Shown: positions 27,589-30,453 of the stretch, one piece after another
Layout of the letters: every line of letters begins with the position of its first letter
Position numbering within the stretch: the first letter of the stretch is position 1
Virus record (IMG/VR): IMGVR_UViG_3300032319_000696
Coordinates: 1-30,453 of that record
Reading direction: 5' to 3' (one strand)
Length of the DNA stretch: 30,453 nucleotides
Source of the DNA: a virus
Lineage: Duplodnaviria > Caudoviricetes
The notes under the pieces: generated by a model
Told to the model about the DNA's origin: nothing
Databases searched by the model: none
What the model saw: only the letters and a program-made list of their open reading frames with translations
Translations under genes and position numbers: made by a program

Positions 27589-29075
27589 TATATGTTATAC
27601 AATGCTGATACTGCATCTACTTTTAGAGCAGTTATTGTGGGTGTTGATATCTCGCTAGCATCTAATTTAGAAATATCTGCAGTTATAACTGCAAATGTTT
27701 GTATTTCTGCATCGTTTGTAGCAGCGGTTACAATTTTAGGAGTATTAGACGGCAATGTCTCATTATTTATTTCACTAAAAATACTAAGTCCTGCAGGATG
27801 TAGCATTGTTTTTATTGCACTGCCCCATTCCTCGATGGATTTTGATGACCGAATAACATATGAAAAAGGTTGATAATATGCTGCAGATCCTTCTGGTGCA
27901 AAAGGCGTTCTTCCCTGTAAAAATATACTTTCAGATAATTGTCCCGATGTATCTTTCCAATATCCATTTTTTATAGTAATACTGCCTATGTTAGAAACAA
28001 GATCTGCTTTATCTAAAAATGAGATATACGCATTTCCTGAATATGCACCTGACGATGCCAAAAATGTATTTCCTGAATCTAAAATCCGTATCAATGGACT
28101 CGTAACCGTTTCATCTGGAATACCTATATAGAAATATGTAGGTTGATCAAAAATAAAATTATCTCGTATGGATAAAGTAATACTTGTGGTATTACCTGAG
28201 GTTGCTGGGAAGTTCCCTTTTAATGATGCTATACCATTAAACCTACTTATGTCAACAACTTGGGGATATCTCTCTGTGGGATAAGGTATTATTTGGTAAG
28301 GGTATACCACACCATTTGGTATATTATATGTTGTTAATGTTATTGTAACACTTTCCCCTTCCTTCACATCGCCTTTATTTGTTGTCAAAGTTAATGTGGG
28401 GATTATAGCTACAGATGTATCTTTTATGGTAACAGTTCCCGATACAACCAATGAATATGAAAATTCTGGGCTCAATAATAAAACTGCTGTAGAATCTCCT
28501 TGTGTTTTTTGATCTTGTAATATCGGAAAGGAAATATTTGCAGATGTTACACCTACAACGTTGGATGATACGAAAGTTAATAATCCTGTTACGTTTCCAT
28601 ATCCAAGACGATCTTGACTTACGCCCAATAATCTGTATGGAACAACTGTACCTGGAGTTAACCCCGATGCAGTAAGATTAAAGTTTGCATATTGTCCTTC
28701 TCGTATAACAGACGGCGTGGCATTTATAGAAAAATTAACTACAGATGTTACAACAGTTTTAGAAGTATCCTGAATCGTTACATTTATATTTTCGTAGTTT
28801 CCTGTACCTGTCAATGTCAATAATAATGTTTCATCGTATTCTGTTAATAGATCATTTTTTGCTACAAACGATACAGAAGCTAACCCGCCAAATACGACAA
28901 AGTTTCCTATGAGAGAAGGATTGCTTAAAAAATCTTGACTTGATATACCCGTACCAGTAATTGCAAAAGGAACACGAGTACCGTCTGCTACATTTGTCGT
29001 ATTTAAATTTACAGTTATCGTATCGCCTTCGTTGACATACGCATTCGGTGTTGATAAGATATATGTTGCTGTCAT
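27588..29075 (-). CDS. gp7-like wedge C-terminal part preceded by three Ig/Calx-beta-like repeats
   Basis: C-terminal GYW....GQLSE...YYQPFSYVIRS....EW...+K..LHPAG...F.E is the gp7-type C-terminus. N-terminal three ~115-aa repeats (VNEGDTITV/IREGQYANF/VKEGESVTI ... TI.DTS). Confidence 0.75.
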   Translation of the reverse strand: MTATYILSTPNAYVNEGDTITVNLNTTNVADGTRVPFAITGTGISSQDFLSNPSLIGNFVVFGGLASVSFVAKNDLLTEYDETLLLTLTGTGNYENINVTIQDTSKTVVTSVVNFSINATPSVIREGQYANFNLTASGLTPGTVVPYRLLGVSQDRLGYGNVTGLLTFVSSNVVGVTSANISFPILQDQKTQGDSTAVLLLSPEFSYSLVVSGTVTIKDTSVAIIPTLTLTTNKGDVKEGESVTITLTTYNIPNGVVYPYQIIPYPTERYPQVVDISRFNGIASLKGNFPATSGNTTSITLSIRDNFIFDQPTYFYIGIPDETVTSPLIRILDSGNTFLASSGAYSGNAYISFLDKADLVSNIGSITIKNGYWKDTSGQLSESIFLQGRTPFAPEGSAAYYQPFSYVIRSSKSIEEWGSAIKTMLHPAGLSIFSEINNETLPSNTPKIVTAATNDAEIQTFAVITADISKLDASEISTPTITALKVDAVSALYNI

Positions 29076-30452
29076 TTAAAATCCTGGATATTTAAATCTA
29101 ATTGATTTAGCATCTGGTATAGCTGTTATTATTGCAGTATGCGAAGTATTATCGACTGGGCTGAATACGTTTCCCGTATAATTTACCTTTATATTTTTGC
29201 CCTTTACTATTCCGTGAGCTAAAGGAAAAGATACAGTAACTTGTCCTCGTTTAATATCATACCTACCAAAAAGTGGAACAGTAGGATATCCAGGATCTAT
29301 ACTAGTATTGGCTGAATAATTTAATCCAGATTCTAATACTTCAATACTGGTAATTGACCCATATCTATTGACTTCTTTTATTTTTGCTTTAGCAAGAACA
29401 CCTGTGCTATCTGTTATTGTTAAATTTGTATTTTTTGCATATCCTAATCCGCCATCATTAATTTTTACTCTACTGAGAACGGCATATGTTTTTGCGTTTA
29501 TTTGAGATGTTATTCTTTCACCGGTATCCAATGTAACAGTTTTAGTTGCGTATACGATTTCATCGCTTAAAAATTCTCCAAGTATACTACCGGGTTCCAA
29601 TGTTAATTCATATACATCATTACCAGATAAATCAATTTTAATAACTCTGCTTACAACAGCAGATGCTTTTGATGATGCGCCAATTACTATAGTATTTTCA
29701 AAATCAAATAAATTTTGTACTATAGATAATTGTTTTATTCTTAATGCCTCAGGGGAAGTCCATTTACCGTCTGACGGTTTTAGTACAATATCATAAGGAT
29801 AGAAAAAGTCTATAGATTCTTTATATAAAATATTGAACAACATTCTATAAGAAGGCTCTGTGCCTTTTTTACTATAAATTTCTCTTATCTTTTTTACTAG
29901 TAATCTATTATTGGTAATTTTAGATTTCGATAAATCGTTTGCATAATTACTAATAAATCTTTCTATCATTTCTTCAGCGGTTGTATCTATGTCTGCATAT
30001 TTTGTAATATCTTGCAGTACCTCTTGTGCCTGATAATCTTGTTCAAGAAACTCATAATAAGCTTTTATAAAGGTAACAAACATCTCATATTCTTCTTGTA
30101 CAAATTCTGGAAATTGATTTGGTACTAGAATTGATAATTTATTTTGTATTCTTTTAAATGGATTTTCTGCACCTTCTCCATTGTATAAAGTATAAATGAT
30201 AGGATCTTTATTTTTTGCAATATTTTGATAACTATCCGGAATATAAAATTCACCAACAGTTCCATAGAAAGTAAGAACTCGATAGATACCCCTACCGCCT
30301 CTATCGAGATCTTCTTTTATTGCTTCACCGCGAGTAGTAAACAGCGGATAAAACCAACCTTCTAGGTAACCAACATAAGTCTCAGGTGTCGCTCCCCCCT
30401 ATTTTTTAAATGGCCCGAATAATATTTGTGGGATAAATACCTCTTCTATCAT
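29076..30452 (-). CDS. gp7: gp7-like baseplate wedge N-terminal part; frame extends well upstream of the tracked start, with one in-frame TAG at 30399-30401
   Basis: LSILVPNQFPEFVQEEYEMFVTFIKAYYEFLE, KKIREIYSKKGTEPSYRMLFNILY and LKPSDGKW are gp7-type motifs. The first lies partly upstream of the ATG at 30083. The frame is open from 30398 and there is an in-frame ATG at 30452. Confidence 0.75.
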
Positions 30453-30453
30453 A

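Noticed and set aside
613-27873. The + strand ORFs in the track (e.g. 2986-3381, 13164-13478, 20324-20632, 27592-27873)
   Set aside because: They lie antisense to well-supported minus-strand genes, have no recognisable motifs, and are the shadows expected from codon bias.
457-30083. Genome-wide TAG reassignment (genetic code 15)
   Set aside because: The long late genes are all open in code 11 with no internal TAG. Recoded phages usually show many in structural genes; only one TAG near the sequence end was found.
30399-30410. Programmed -1 frameshift at TTTAAAA near the gp7 amber codon
   Set aside because: The upstream ATG frame and the downstream gp7 frame are the same, so a shift would not bypass the stop; a -1 slip on T TTA AAA would lead into the TAG.

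Overview
AT-rich segment of a T4-like (Tevenvirinae/cyanomyovirus-like) myophage, holding one minus-strand late/structural module. In transcription order (high to low coordinate): gp7-like wedge split in two, gp8, a DUF4815/VrlC-like baseplate protein split in two, a small coiled-coil protein, a gp9/gp10-type fibre with three accessory genes, a collagen-like fibre, an Mtd_N-type fibre, a triple-LamG protein, gp13, gp14, gp15, gp16, gp17, an enlarged gp18, gp19, gp20, a gp67-like protein and a partial multi-module internal head protein. The head/tail core is ordinary. The unusual points are: (i) strong [G/A/S]-N-[V/I/L/T] enrichment in exposed virion proteins, a possible modification signal; (ii) motifs typical of bacterial S-layer/RTX surface proteins inserted in tail proteins; (iii) a long hydrophobic tail where the baseplate gene is split; (iv) a near-consensus antisense sigma70 promoter between gp13 and gp14; (v) an in-frame TAG in the 5' part of gp7; (vi) an internal protein that looks like a protease-processed polyprotein. 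All family calls come from motif recognition and synteny; no database search was run.
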